DNA of 64,000 nt from positions 100,437 through 164,436 of the forward strand of contig JAFGWL010000056.1 of the NCBI GenBank assembly GCA_016937175.1, given 5' to 3'. Made by a program: the position numbers and the translations under genes. The notes under the pieces are model-generated. The model worked only from the letters and a program-made list of their open reading frames with translations. It made no database searches and was not told where the DNA came from. Of this stretch, positions 51,002 through 60,326 are shown one piece after another (the stretch's first letter is position 1; each line of letters opens with the position of its first letter). This stretch comes from Candidatus Mcinerneyibacteriota bacterium (lineage in GTDB: Bacteria; Macinerneyibacteriota; Macinerneyibacteria; Macinerneyibacteriales; DSCS01).

Positions 51002-52938
51002 GACAGCAGGCTCCTTCCCTCCGCTGTAAGCAGAAAATTCTTGATCAGGATCAGCTCTTTTCGGATCTGTCCGAAGTTCATAGTGACCAGGCAGCATCCC
51101 TTTTTGATCCTAAAGTTGTTAAGTAGCCGGTCCATCTCATCGTATTCCCGAATAATGCGTGGTGACGTATAGAATACGCCTTTTTGACGGGCTTCTCTGA
51201 CGATCTTCTCATAGAGTGAAAAATCACTCCTGAGCGCTTCATATTCACGGATAAAACGGTCCCAAATCCTTGCTTCAGCCTTATATTTCAACAGATTCTC
51301 CCCGGTCAGGGCAGCGCTGACAGCCTGTTCTATCCAGAGGGCTGCCGAATCGGTCTGGGCCGAGAAGGCTTCCAGAGTCTGCTTGAAGACGAAGATCCGG
51401 TTTCTGACCTGTGTCATCTGCTCATAGGTCCTTTTTTCAAAAGCTATGACCTCTTGAAGATGGGGAAGAGCATCATAAAGCCGCTCCAGGCGCTTCATAA
51501 GGCCTTCTGCTGCCAGAGCCGTCTGCCGGCTCACAGAAGATGAGCCGATGGCCTTTACCTCAGCCAGCAGGGCTTTATAGCGTTCGGTGAACCTGTTCAC
51601 ATTCAGGCTCAACCGGGTAAAATCCACTGCAGACCCGGAGATATTGAGAAGTTCCTCCCATTTGGAGACCTCCTGGTCCAGAAGAGAGAGCGAGAAGTCA
51701 TCATTCTGCACATCGGTTTCGCTGACAATCTTCGCCTCGAGAAGAGAGACTCTTTTCATAAAAGATTCATACTCTTCCCAGGGGAAATTCCATTCTGAGA
51801 CAAACCGGCTGATGAGAGCGGCTTTTTTCTTTAAAACAAGGAAATCTTCTTCGTTGAAGCGGCTTTCAAGAAGCGTAAGTAGCTTCAGGCTTTCATCCGT
51901 CAGTCGTTCAAACTCACCTCTCATCTTCTGAAACAACGTAACCCACTCGGCGAGCTGGTCGATATCCATTACCGCATCCTCAAAGCCCAGAGCAGCTGTC
52001 TTTGTCTTAAACAGATTGAAATCGCGCAGGAAGAAGGCGATCTTCACTCCGTCGGGGGAGCGGATAAGGGACTGTGCGCTCAGGGTCAGACGCTTGTATT
52101 CTTCAATGATTTCGGCGGGGATCCCGTCTCTTGCACCGGGACCGAACTCGTCAAAACCGCCCTCTTCCCCTCGCGGCTCGGGGTCTGAAATAACACCGTC
52201 ACTTCCCAGTGAACGTCTGTACCCCGCTTTGACCCCGACTTCGGTCCCTTCGGGATTTCTCAGATAGACTTCGCCCTCTTCACACTCCACGTTCATGCCT
52301 CTTTGGGCATCAAGGCTTACGCCAAAAGAGGTCCCCCTGACCCCCGCTGTCCCGAACCGGGTATCCACTTCAAACTTTTCGGCGACCAGCTTTTTGGCTT
52401 TCACCCACAACCGGCCGAGAGTCTGGCGTATCCCCTTGCTCTTTTCTTCGAACTCCTTTATCTCCAGTGTGGTATTCTGGTCCATCTTCATCAATATCTT
52501 ATCTCCGACGCTGATCTCAGCGTAACTGTTGTCTCCGGTCCGTATCCGGTCGCCAACAGAGAGACCGTCTCCGGCACTCAGGATAGTCTCATCCTCGTCT
52601 GTGACAAGATAGAGTCTCCCCAAAATATATTCTACTCGGGCCTTCTCTTCTGAGGCCCCCTTTTCACGGAAGAGGTCGGCCAATGTAAAGGCCCTGGGGC
52701 CTTCTACTGTTACACGGCCCGCAGCCAACCGTATTACCGCCTTTGCTCCATCCGCAAGAGTCAGCCGCTCCTCTTCCCAGAGGATATCACCTGCGTTCAA
52801 AGTCTCTTCTCCTGAAGAGGTGCTCCGGGTGAAGGTTCCCTGCACCGACTCCACACGTCCGAAAAGAGTCGCCGGAAGAGCAGAAAGCACAGCTGTCATC
52901 AAAAGAACGGATAAGAGAATAAATCTTTTCTTACTCAT
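50998..52938 (-). CDS. Secreted FecR-domain protein with a long alpha-helical C-terminal region
   Basis: Signal peptide MSKKRFILLSVLLMTAVLSALPA, and FecR-like blocks (GDILWEEERLTLADGAKAVIRL; TAGVRGTSFGVS). ATG 52938 lies 5 nt after AGGAGG, which overlaps the upstream stop. Confidence 0.75.
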   Translation of the reverse strand: MSKKRFILLSVLLMTAVLSALPATLFGRVESVQGTFTRSTSSGEETLNAGDILWEEERLTLADGAKAVIRLAAGRVTVEGPRAFTLADLFREKGASEEKARVEYILGRLYLVTDEDETILSAGDGLSVGDRIRTGDNSYAEISVGDKILMKMDQNTTLEIKEFEEKSKGIRQTLGRLWVKAKKLVAEKFEVDTRFGTAGVRGTSFGVSLDAQRGMNVECEEGEVYLRNPEGTEVGVKAGYRRSLGSDGVISDPEPRGEEGGFDEFGPGARDGIPAEIIEEYKRLTLSAQSLIRSPDGVKIAFFLRDFNLFKTKTAALGFEDAVMDIDQLAEWVTLFQKMRGEFERLTDESLKLLTLLESRFNEEDFLVLKKKAALISRFVSEWNFPWEEYESFMKRVSLLEAKIVSETDVQNDDFSLSLLDQEVSKWEELLNISGSAVDFTRLSLNVNRFTERYKALLAEVKAIGSSSVSRQTALAAEGLMKRLERLYDALPHLQEVIAFEKRTYEQMTQVRNRIFVFKQTLEAFSAQTDSAALWIEQAVSAALTGENLLKYKAEARIWDRFIREYEALRSDFSLYEKIVREARQKGVFYTSPRIIREYDEMDRLLNNFRIKKGCCLVTMNFGQIRKELILIKNFLLTAEGRSLLS

Positions 52939-52946
52939 AAGGCCTC

Positions 52947-55900
52947 CTATTTCACAAGGACCATTTTCTGGATCATTGTCCGCCTCTCTCCTTTGAAGAG
53001 GGCATAATAGAGTCCGCTGGGACACATCTGCCCCTTTTCATCCCGGCCATCCCAGGTAAACTCCCGGATCCCCGCTTCAAAAAGACCCGATTCGATAAAC
53101 CGGACCTGTTGTTTACGGGCATTGAGGATATAGATCGCTCCCCGTTCTGGAGCCTCAAAGCGGATTCCTATCACCGTCGTCGGATTGAAGGGGTTGGGAT
53201 AATTGATGATCTTTTTGGATCCCGACGCCAGGGGATGCGGAATCCCCACAGTCAGGACCATATCCCGGGACTGACGGTTCCCCATGCCGTCTGTAACGGT
53301 GACAATCAGGGGATTATCCCCTTCCTTCAGGAATGAGGCTATAAAAGAGCCCGTCTCCGAAGTCAGGGGTTCTCCTTCAGGCGGCTGGATGGTATAGCTG
53401 GCGATCCCGCTCAGTTCATCAGCTGCCGTGATCACGATATTCCCCTGGCTGTAGGCCACAGATTCGATTACGGGAGGAGTCACATCTTCCAAGAGGAGAT
53501 AATGTCCTGATGCGCTGATCCTCCCTCTCTCCCGGCCGACAAACTCATACGAGTCAGCCCCGATCTTTCTGAAAATGCCAAACCCGCTCTTCTCCTCCTT
53601 TTGCATAAGCCAGACATCCCCGGGATCCGATTCGGCGCAAACGAGAGTTATACTCCCGTCCTCCTGCTCTGTCAGCATCGCCTTAAAGGGAATATCCTTT
53701 TTGTTCTCCAGAAGGAATGCCCCCACGCCTACTAAGGACTGGGGAACAAACATATCCACACTGAGGGCCAGCTCCACAGAGGGGACATCGGTGATCTGTG
53801 TCCCGTCTCTGTAATATTCGAAGGTGAGCAGGTAATTGTTGGGTTCAGCTTCGGTAAGAAAATTGAAACGGGTGAAATCCATCCCCGGAGCCAGGGCCCG
53901 GTCGTCTTCGAAATCATTATAATCTGGATTGAAGAGTTTATTATAGAGAAGGAAGGTCTCTCCAGGAGGGATCGCAGGGGTAACGCGCATGAGAAAATAG
54001 TTCCCTTCGGGAATGACAGGGACAAAGGGGATAAAGACATTGACTTTCCCCCTGTCAATGAAGTTGTAGGCCAGGAAAGCATCATTCAGGTCCACCAAAA
54101 AGATCGACGTAGCAATCTCGATGACCTTGGCCGGGGTCCCCTCCTCAAAAGCGGGATAATTGATGTAGGGGCCATCCAGGGGCCCGAATTCGAACCTGTA
54201 GGGGATCCAGGCATCGGGTTCAGGGATCCCTGTGACCATGGAGAGGTCGAAGGTGGCTGTATAAAGTTTTCCGTCCCCCACATTAGTGTCCAGTTGGTCT
54301 GTCTCATTCATGGTTATGGGATATTCCAGAGAGGTCCCTGTCGTCTTATCATGCACATAGAGATAGAGCTGCGTCATAACCGGAAGGAGCGAAGGCGATG
54401 TTTCATCCACATAGCGGATCAGAAATGTGAACGTCTCACCGGGAGCGCCCATGTGCGGGCTCACGGCTGTCTTTTCATAATCGGGAAGGGCCGGCCCGAT
54501 GAATTCGAGACGGACAGGATCCGTGGGCAGAGGGTGCTCATAATCGGGATAAAGGGAAAAGGGAAGATAGAATTCAAGGGGCCCGTTTGTCTGATTGGGT
54601 TCTCCTCCGTCCAAATACTCACAGAGGGTGATCTCATAGAGAACAGAGATAGGGTCGAGTCCGGGATCAGCCCGGAGTGTGTCAAAGATACTGCTATAGA
54701 CATCCTGCGATACATTCAGGAAATATTCTTTGGGGATCTCCGTTGTGGTCTGTCCGGTATCGGCATCGACGAAGAAGTACTCCTCCTGGAAAGCTGCATC
54801 CACAAGGCCGTTGTCATTCCAATCGATCCAGCAGCTGTTCACCTGGGGAAGCTGTCCGTCGGGATCCTGATAAAGAAGCCGGAACTCCAGGTCCTCTCCC
54901 TCATTGACGATGGATTCGTTGCGTCCCTCAGGGAATTCTGTGAGAAAAATGATCTGGGGGGGACGGTTCTCCATGGTGATCCAGTTGCTGTTGTAAAAGG
55001 AGGACTCCAGGGACTGGCCCGTCACCGTATCGATCACATCGAAATTCATCTGAAAGGAAGAAGATCCCATGGGAAGGGTACTGATGTCGATCGACTCGGT
55101 CCAGGAGATGATATTATCCAGGCGGGGATTGAAATCCGCCGGCAGGTCCTGTGGAAGGTCGAGCCTCCAGTCTATCCCCGTTACCATGAGGCTCAGCTGC
55201 ACAATATCCAAAACAGAGTTGATCCGTCCGTAATCTCTCCAAAAGACTTGAAACTGAAACGTCGTGTCGGAATTCCCGCTGTCAGGCTCCACAGCCTGTC
55301 CTCCGGGGGTGACATCCGGTTCAAAACCGGTCTCGTTTACATATTTCAGCCCGTCCATATTCATAAAAAATCCGTAGATCTTTCCCATATACTCTGTGCT
55401 TGTGGGCGGGTTAAGGTCATCATAAGAGGGGCAGAAGCGGGGCGCGGCGCAGTAGAGTTCAGAATAAGTGTCTTCATTGAAGTCGGCGGCCCAGATCCCG
55501 TTTCCGAAACGGCTGGCGGCATGTTCCCCGTAAAGGGTCAGAGAGGCGGGAGAGACCGTCCCGTTGAGGTCCACGGCCGTTCCGAGTGTCTGGAGATCGT
55601 CATGGAAAAAGAGATAAACGGCCCCGGTCCTGAACTCTCCTGCAATGGTAAGGTTCCCCCGGTTGACGGCATTGTAGACTCCCAGGGCCAAATCATTCAG
55701 GCCGTCGGCGTCCCAGTCGGCGATGCAGACAGAGAGGAGATCCTCCAGGCCGTCCGTAGCATCAGGATAGAGGCCTGTATCCAATACTCTTTTCCGGACG
55801 TCTGCTGCCGGAACGACACCGTAATAAGAGGTGAACCCCGGATAAAGGGTGACCTCATGGAATTTTCCCGTGGTGACAAGGCCCACGTTTCCCCTCTCGC

Positions 55901-57053
55901 CGATGATAAGATCCGGAATACTGTCGCCGTCGCTGTCGCCGAAGGCCAGGGTCTGTCCCATATAAGTCAGCCCGGTCAAAGCTGTGTCCTGGGTAATAAA
56001 GGTATAAATCGTACTGTGGGAGGCCTCATAATCGACTTCTGGATACCCGATGGTGGACTCCAGGGTCCACCCCAGATAATCCACAGAATCAAAAAGGGTG
56101 AAAAGATGTACCCCGCTCAACTGGACATCAGTCCTTTCATAAGCGTCGAAGACAGCCAGAAGATCCATATCGGGGTCAAAGGCAAGGGTCCAGCCAAACC
56201 GCTGCTCACTTGTGAGGCTCCCTCCCATCATATAGGGGCGGCGGATGATGCACTTGACTCCTGCAGGAATATACTGATGGCCCGGGATAGTGTCCGTGGC
56301 GTCCAGGGTATGAAAGACGGACCCGTCTACCCAGTTCCCTCCCCGGATGATGTAGAGGGCGGCTCCCTTTTGGGTCCCTGTCCCGCTGTCATATTGGCCT
56401 GAATCGGCGATGAGAAGGTCAGCGATGTTGTCATCATCAAGGTCCAAGAGCTCGACATTGTAGTAAAGGGAAGGGCCGATACCGCTGTACTCAGGATAGA
56501 TGACATGGTCGAAGGCAGTCTCATCGGTGACGTTGTTCTCCCCGGACCATGTTGTGAAATAAGCGCCGCTGAAGATCCCGATCCTCGAAGAAACGGTCCC
56601 CTCTTCAGAACGGTAGATCACAGCAATGTCGTCGAGCCCGTCTCCGTTGAAATCTCCCACGGAGATATCTTCGAAACGGTTTATCCCGTCATTGCTGTAA
56701 AAGGAGGCGTCATAGTCAGCGCTATTTCCGAAGTTCAGAGCTGTATCCGGTAGAGCTCCCACATTGAATTTAATAAAAAAGCGTCCTGTGGCCCTCTCGA
56801 AGACGACGATATCTTTAAGCCCGCCGTCCCACTGGGATACAAAGAGGGACCCGACTTTGTTTTTGGCCGGATCGATGCTGGGACTCCCGATGAGAGACCA
56901 GTCGTAGCCGTGCCACCAGCTTAAAAGATAGAGAGGTTCCGATTCGTTTTTGTTCTTTTCCAGATTAATGTAGGGAAAGGAGACCTGAGGAGCCGAAAGG
57001 AGGAAACCTGAAAAGAGAAATCCCCATAAGAGAAGAAAAACAAGCTTTTTCAT
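52947..57053 (-). CDS. 1368-aa secreted FG-GAP/integrin-alpha-like repeat protein with a FlgD-Ig / T9SS type-A-like C-terminal domain
   Basis: A signal peptide, and FG-GAP calcium-loop repeats (GDFNGDGLDDIAV, DLDDDNIADLLIAD, GDSDGDSIPDLIIG, ADWDADGLNDLALG, AADFNEDTYSEL). The C-terminus NYPNPFNPTTVIGIRF...FTWDGRDEKGQMCPSGLYYALFKGERRTMIQKMVLVK resembles the sorting domain. Confidence 0.85.
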   Translation of the reverse strand: MKKLVFLLLWGFLFSGFLLSAPQVSFPYINLEKNKNESEPLYLLSWWHGYDWSLIGSPSIDPAKNKVGSLFVSQWDGGLKDIVVFERATGRFFIKFNVGALPDTALNFGNSADYDASFYSNDGINRFEDISVGDFNGDGLDDIAVIYRSEEGTVSSRIGIFSGAYFTTWSGENNVTDETAFDHVIYPEYSGIGPSLYYNVELLDLDDDNIADLLIADSGQYDSGTGTQKGAALYIIRGGNWVDGSVFHTLDATDTIPGHQYIPAGVKCIIRRPYMMGGSLTSEQRFGWTLAFDPDMDLLAVFDAYERTDVQLSGVHLFTLFDSVDYLGWTLESTIGYPEVDYEASHSTIYTFITQDTALTGLTYMGQTLAFGDSDGDSIPDLIIGERGNVGLVTTGKFHEVTLYPGFTSYYGVVPAADVRKRVLDTGLYPDATDGLEDLLSVCIADWDADGLNDLALGVYNAVNRGNLTIAGEFRTGAVYLFFHDDLQTLGTAVDLNGTVSPASLTLYGEHAASRFGNGIWAADFNEDTYSELYCAAPRFCPSYDDLNPPTSTEYMGKIYGFFMNMDGLKYVNETGFEPDVTPGGQAVEPDSGNSDTTFQFQVFWRDYGRINSVLDIVQLSLMVTGIDWRLDLPQDLPADFNPRLDNIISWTESIDISTLPMGSSSFQMNFDVIDTVTGQSLESSFYNSNWITMENRPPQIIFLTEFPEGRNESIVNEGEDLEFRLLYQDPDGQLPQVNSCWIDWNDNGLVDAAFQEEYFFVDADTGQTTTEIPKEYFLNVSQDVYSSIFDTLRADPGLDPISVLYEITLCEYLDGGEPNQTNGPLEFYLPFSLYPDYEHPLPTDPVRLEFIGPALPDYEKTAVSPHMGAPGETFTFLIRYVDETSPSLLPVMTQLYLYVHDKTTGTSLEYPITMNETDQLDTNVGDGKLYTATFDLSMVTGIPEPDAWIPYRFEFGPLDGPYINYPAFEEGTPAKVIEIATSIFLVDLNDAFLAYNFIDRGKVNVFIPFVPVIPEGNYFLMRVTPAIPPGETFLLYNKLFNPDYNDFEDDRALAPGMDFTRFNFLTEAEPNNYLLTFEYYRDGTQITDVPSVELALSVDMFVPQSLVGVGAFLLENKKDIPFKAMLTEQEDGSITLVCAESDPGDVWLMQKEEKSGFGIFRKIGADSYEFVGRERGRISASGHYLLLEDVTPPVIESVAYSQGNIVITAADELSGIASYTIQPPEGEPLTSETGSFIASFLKEGDNPLIVTVTDGMGNRQSRDMVLTVGIPHPLASGSKKIINYPNPFNPTTVIGIRFEAPERGAIYILNARKQQVRFIESGLFEAGIREFTWDGRDEKGQMCPSGLYYALFKGERRTMIQKMVLVK

Positions 57054-57062
57054 ATGTCCCTC

Positions 57063-57767
57063 CTATATATCCTGGATCTGGATGAGAATGTTATAGACAC
57101 TTGTCACACGGGGGTCGGAAGTGCCCAGAAGAATCTCCCCCTGATAATATTGTCCCCAGGCTGTATCGGTATTGGGCATGTCGTCGCTTGTCCCCAGCAC
57201 GGCCACCGGTTCGGGGGAGTTCCGGTGGATGAAGATATAGGCCAGAGAAAGGTTGAGATGAACATCTCCCGCTGTGATCGCGGGATCGTGGGGAAAAGTC
57301 CACATGGGCGTCAGAGAGTCGATGGGAGGGAAAGAGGCCTCTCCGAATACCGCTGTCCGCAGGAGCAGAGCCCCGGTTTCCGCTTTATCCAGGCTGCTCT
57401 CCTGCAGAAGGGTCGAACCCAGGCCGATGGCGATCTCTCTTTTCACTTCTCCCGATGAACGGGAAAGTCCCCGGTAAAAGTTCAGGATCGCATCCGCCTC
57501 CAGGCTGATCCTCATATACGACCATCCGAGGCCGTTATAGGCATCCCCCATCTGCGGATCCATATAGATGGCCAGTTCGAACTTTTCAATGGCTTTACAG
57601 AAAAGGCTTTCCTGATCCACAGGATAGGCATAGACAGCATTTTCAAAAAATTCCCATCCCTCGTCTGTCAGGGTTCGGGGATCCAGGTCTTCAGTCGTGG
57701 GGTCTTCAAGACAGCCCCACACCAGAAAGAGAGAAAGAAACAGGATAAAAAGAGTTTTTCGTCCCAT
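57063..57767 (-). CDS. Lipoprotein with TPR-like helical repeats
   Basis: Lipobox LVWGC after MGRKTLFILFLSLF. ATG 57767 lies behind GGAGG. First gene of the four-gene envelope operon. Confidence 0.65.
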   Translation of the reverse strand: MGRKTLFILFLSLFLVWGCLEDPTTEDLDPRTLTDEGWEFFENAVYAYPVDQESLFCKAIEKFELAIYMDPQMGDAYNGLGWSYMRISLEADAILNFYRGLSRSSGEVKREIAIGLGSTLLQESSLDKAETGALLLRTAVFGEASFPPIDSLTPMWTFPHDPAITAGDVHLNLSLAYIFIHRNSPEPVAVLGTSDDMPNTDTAWGQYYQGEILLGTSDPRVTSVYNILIQIQDI

Positions 57768-57868
57768 AGAAACCTCCATTCTGGAAGTATACCACAAATC
57801 CCTTCTCTCAAAAAGTTTTTCTTCATTTTTTTCAAATTATGTTATACTTTTTGAAAAAAGGAGGGCTC

Positions 57869-58819
57869 ATGAAGCTGGCCATGTTGTGCGGCGGGCACTC
57901 GTCTGAGCGCCCCATCTCATTTAAAAGCGCCCGCAGTATCGTTGAAGCGCTGGGGAAAGGCTTCCCCCTTCTCCTTATTGATTCCGGGCGCAGTGAAGTC
58001 TTTACCGATTTCGAGGCTCAGATGCAAAAAGAGCCCCTGCCCCCTTCACCGTCTCTGGTGAAAGGGCTTCTGTCCCACTTGGAGAATAACGGTATCGAAA
58101 AAGTCTGTATCATGCTTCATGGCGGCGAAGGTGAAGACGGACATATCCAGGCCCTCCTTGATCTCTGCCGGCTTCCGTATACCGGGTCGGGAATGGGGGC
58201 TTCTTTCCTGGGAATGGACAAAGGTCTCTCCAAGATGGTCATGAAGTATTATCAAGTCCCTACCCCCCCCTGGACGATTCTGACTAAAAGTAAACCTCTT
58301 CCGTCCTCTCCGCCGCTTCCCCTCCCTCTCATCGTCAAGCCAGTCCATGAAGGCTCAACAGTGGGGCTGACCAAGACCGAGACCGGAGAGCAGTGGGAGA
58401 AGGCACTCCATGAAGCCTTTAAGGCCGATGACAGTATCCTCATCGAACAGTTCATCCCGGGCAGGGAACTTACTCTGACTGTTGACGAGACAGGCGCTTG
58501 GCCTCCGGTGGAGATCCGGCCCAAAAAAGGGCTCTATGATTATGAAAGCAAATACAGCAAGGGGATGAGTCAATATATCTGTCCCGCTGAGATAGCGCCC
58601 CCTCTTTTGGACAGGATGAACCGGGATGCTCTCCTTCTCTATGAAAAAATGGGCCTGAAGGGCGTCGTCCGCTTCGATATCCGCCTGGACGATGAGAAGT
58701 ACTTCTTTCTTGAGGTCAATACCCTTCCCGGCATGACCTCCCTGAGCCTGGTCCCCATGTCGTTCAAGGCGGGAGGCCTCTCTTACCGGGACCTGATCGA
58801 AAGGATCTTTCATGGATGA
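57869..58819 (+). CDS. ddl: D-alanine--D-alanine ligase
   Basis: MKLAMLCGGHSSER start, ATP-grasp blocks (IVKPVHEGSTVG; FLEVNTLPGMTSLS). ATG 57869 lies behind AAGGAGGG. Confidence 0.92.
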   Translation: MKLAMLCGGHSSERPISFKSARSIVEALGKGFPLLLIDSGRSEVFTDFEAQMQKEPLPPSPSLVKGLLSHLENNGIEKVCIMLHGGEGEDGHIQALLDLCRLPYTGSGMGASFLGMDKGLSKMVMKYYQVPTPPWTILTKSKPLPSSPPLPLPLIVKPVHEGSTVGLTKTETGEQWEKALHEAFKADDSILIEQFIPGRELTLTVDETGAWPPVEIRPKKGLYDYESKYSKGMSQYICPAEIAPPLLDRMNRDALLLYEKMGLKGVVRFDIRLDDEKYFFLEVNTLPGMTSLSLVPMSFKAGGLSYRDLIERIFHG

Positions 58820-59276
58820 CCCCTTTCTCCGTATTGTCCTGGTGGAACCTGAGATCCCTCCCAATACCGGTACCATAGGCCGTCTCTGCGTCGCGTTGAA
58901 TATCCCCCTTCTTCTTGTGGAGCCCCTCGGCTTCAGCCTGGAGGACAAATATTTGAAAAGGGCCGGCCTGGATTACTGGGAAGAGCTTGATTACTCACTC
59001 TTCTCTTCTTTTGAGAAAGTCAAAGAGGCCTTTCCCTTGGGAAATTTCTGGTTTTTTACCAAAAAGAGCCCCCGCACCTTTTTTGAGGCCCGTTTCTCCC
59101 ATGGAGACTTCCTTGTCTTCGGCAAAGAAACAACCGGACTTCCCGATGCTCTTCTGGAAAGCGATCCTGAACACTGCCTTTCCCTGCCCATGCCCGGGAA
59201 AACCCGTTCCATCAACCTTTCCAACGCTGTCTCAGCAGCATCTTACGAGGCCTACCGCCAGATCTTCTTCAGATAA
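58812..59276 (+). CDS. trmL: tRNA (cytidine/uridine-34 2'-O)-methyltransferase TrmL
   Basis: IVLVEPEIPPNTGTIGRLCVA...LGFSLEDKYLKRAGLDYW...FGKETTGLP...RSINLSNAVSAASYEAYRQ closely follows the YibK/TrmL pattern. Confidence 0.9.
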   Translation: MDDPFLRIVLVEPEIPPNTGTIGRLCVALNIPLLLVEPLGFSLEDKYLKRAGLDYWEELDYSLFSSFEKVKEAFPLGNFWFFTKKSPRTFFEARFSHGDFLVFGKETTGLPDALLESDPEHCLSLPMPGKTRSINLSNAVSAASYEAYRQIFFR

Positions 59277-59307
59277 AAAAAAAGGCGCACCTCTTTCGAG
59301 ATACGCC
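59275..59307 (-). terminator. Rho-independent terminator of the small lipoprotein gene
   Basis: On the minus strand: GGCGTATCTC-GAAA-GAGGTGCGCC (10 bp including two G-U pairs) followed by T9. Confidence 0.8.
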
Positions 59308-59329
59308 CTCAAAGCGATCCGTTACACCA

Positions 59330-59740
59330 TTACATCATGGATTGAAACGCTTTTCCCATACGCTGGGCAGCTTCCAAAACCTTTTCATCGGAAATAAACT
59401 CATTGAACTTATCCTGTGAAAGGTTCTGCATCCTGGTCTGAAGGGCTTTTCCCCTCTCATCCAGGTCTTTCAGGGCTTCAGGCATCTCGTTTTCTTTCAT
59501 GATCTCAGGATACTTTTCAGTCATCTCTTTCATCTTGGGGCCGATCTTTTCGATAGCATCCGCGAAATTATTCATGGTCGCTGCCAGATCCTCAGCGGTC
59601 TGGACACTTTCCATCCCCTCTACATACGCTTCCTGCGCTGTGAGGAACTCTTCCATGACGCCTCTGAGATCCTGATAGCTTCCCTTGCCACAAGCCGCTA
59701 TAAACACAACAACGAGCAAAAACAGAGCAACTTTCTTCAT
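59330..59740 (-). CDS. Small helical lipoprotein, unknown function
   Basis: Lipobox FIAACGK. Weak similarity to the neighbouring lipoprotein (MES..., ...LGP...). Confidence 0.7.
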   Translation of the reverse strand: MKKVALFLLVVVFIAACGKGSYQDLRGVMEEFLTAQEAYVEGMESVQTAEDLAATMNNFADAIEKIGPKMKEMTEKYPEIMKENEMPEALKDLDERGKALQTRMQNLSQDKFNEFISDEKVLEAAQRMGKAFQSMM

Positions 59741-59806
59741 TGAATACCTCCTATTCGCTCCACATTACGCTATTTTTTAAAAAATGACAAGGAGAAAATA
59801 AAAAAA

Positions 59807-60259
59807 CTACTCTGTTTTTTCATCTTCATCGCGGAACCATCTGGCCAGTGTATTGTCCAGCTTCTCCACGGCGGCGTTCAAAGCAGCATCCTCAGGATAG
59901 TCTTCCAGAGCGGAGTGGACCTTTTCCCAGACCGTCAGCTGAGAGACCATATATTCCCCGGCTGCGATCATAAGTTTTCCCCCGTCCACTTTTGCTTTCA
60001 GGCTTGTCTCCCCTTCCAGGGAATCCAGCTGGGCTGATACGCTTTCCCATTGGGGGCCCAGGGCCTCAAGCTCCTGAGTATAGTCTTCCATGGCCTTAAC
60101 GATCTTCTCAGGGTTGTCTGCACTTTCCATCTTTTCCAGGAAAACCTTATCGATTCCTGCAGCTTTTTTGACCACTTCCGTCGTCTCCGTAAAAGCATTC
60201 TTTCCGCAGGCGGCCAGCATGAAAAGGGAGACAAGCACCACAACTACAACTCGACGCAT
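59807..60259 (-). CDS. Small helical lipoprotein, unknown function (possible paralogue)
   Basis: Lipobox MLAACGK. ATG 60259 lies behind GGAGG; the ORF-track N-terminal extension was ignored. Confidence 0.7.
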   Translation of the reverse strand: MRRVVVVVLVSLFMLAACGKNAFTETTEVVKKAAGIDKVFLEKMESADNPEKIVKAMEDYTQELEALGPQWESVSAQLDSLEGETSLKAKVDGGKLMIAAGEYMVSQLTVWEKVHSALEDYPEDAALNAAVEKLDNTLARWFRDEDEKTE

Positions 60260-60326
60260 ACACAACCTCCTTATGTTTTTAATATTCTTAATATAACGCT
60301 CTTTTCCCAAAAGACAAGGGAGGCCT

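Noticed and set aside
51002-51097. ORF-track N-terminal extensions of the OMP (to 51097), the FecR-domain protein (to 53025), the TPR-like lipoprotein (to 57797), ddl (from 57839), hydG (from 40860) and the second lipoprotein (to 60310).
   Set aside because: In each case an internal ATG with a GGAGG-type SD starts exactly at a signal peptide or at the canonical family N-terminus. The extensions overlap upstream genes or lack an SD.
54294-56402. A 702-codon plus-strand ORF antisense to the FG-GAP gene.
   Set aside because: It is in the codon-aligned antisense frame (both frames start at positions divisible by 3), where stops arise only from sense TTA, CTA or TCA codons. Those codons are rare here. 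The product has no motifs, start context or SD, and the sense gene has clear domains. It is a codon-usage artefact.
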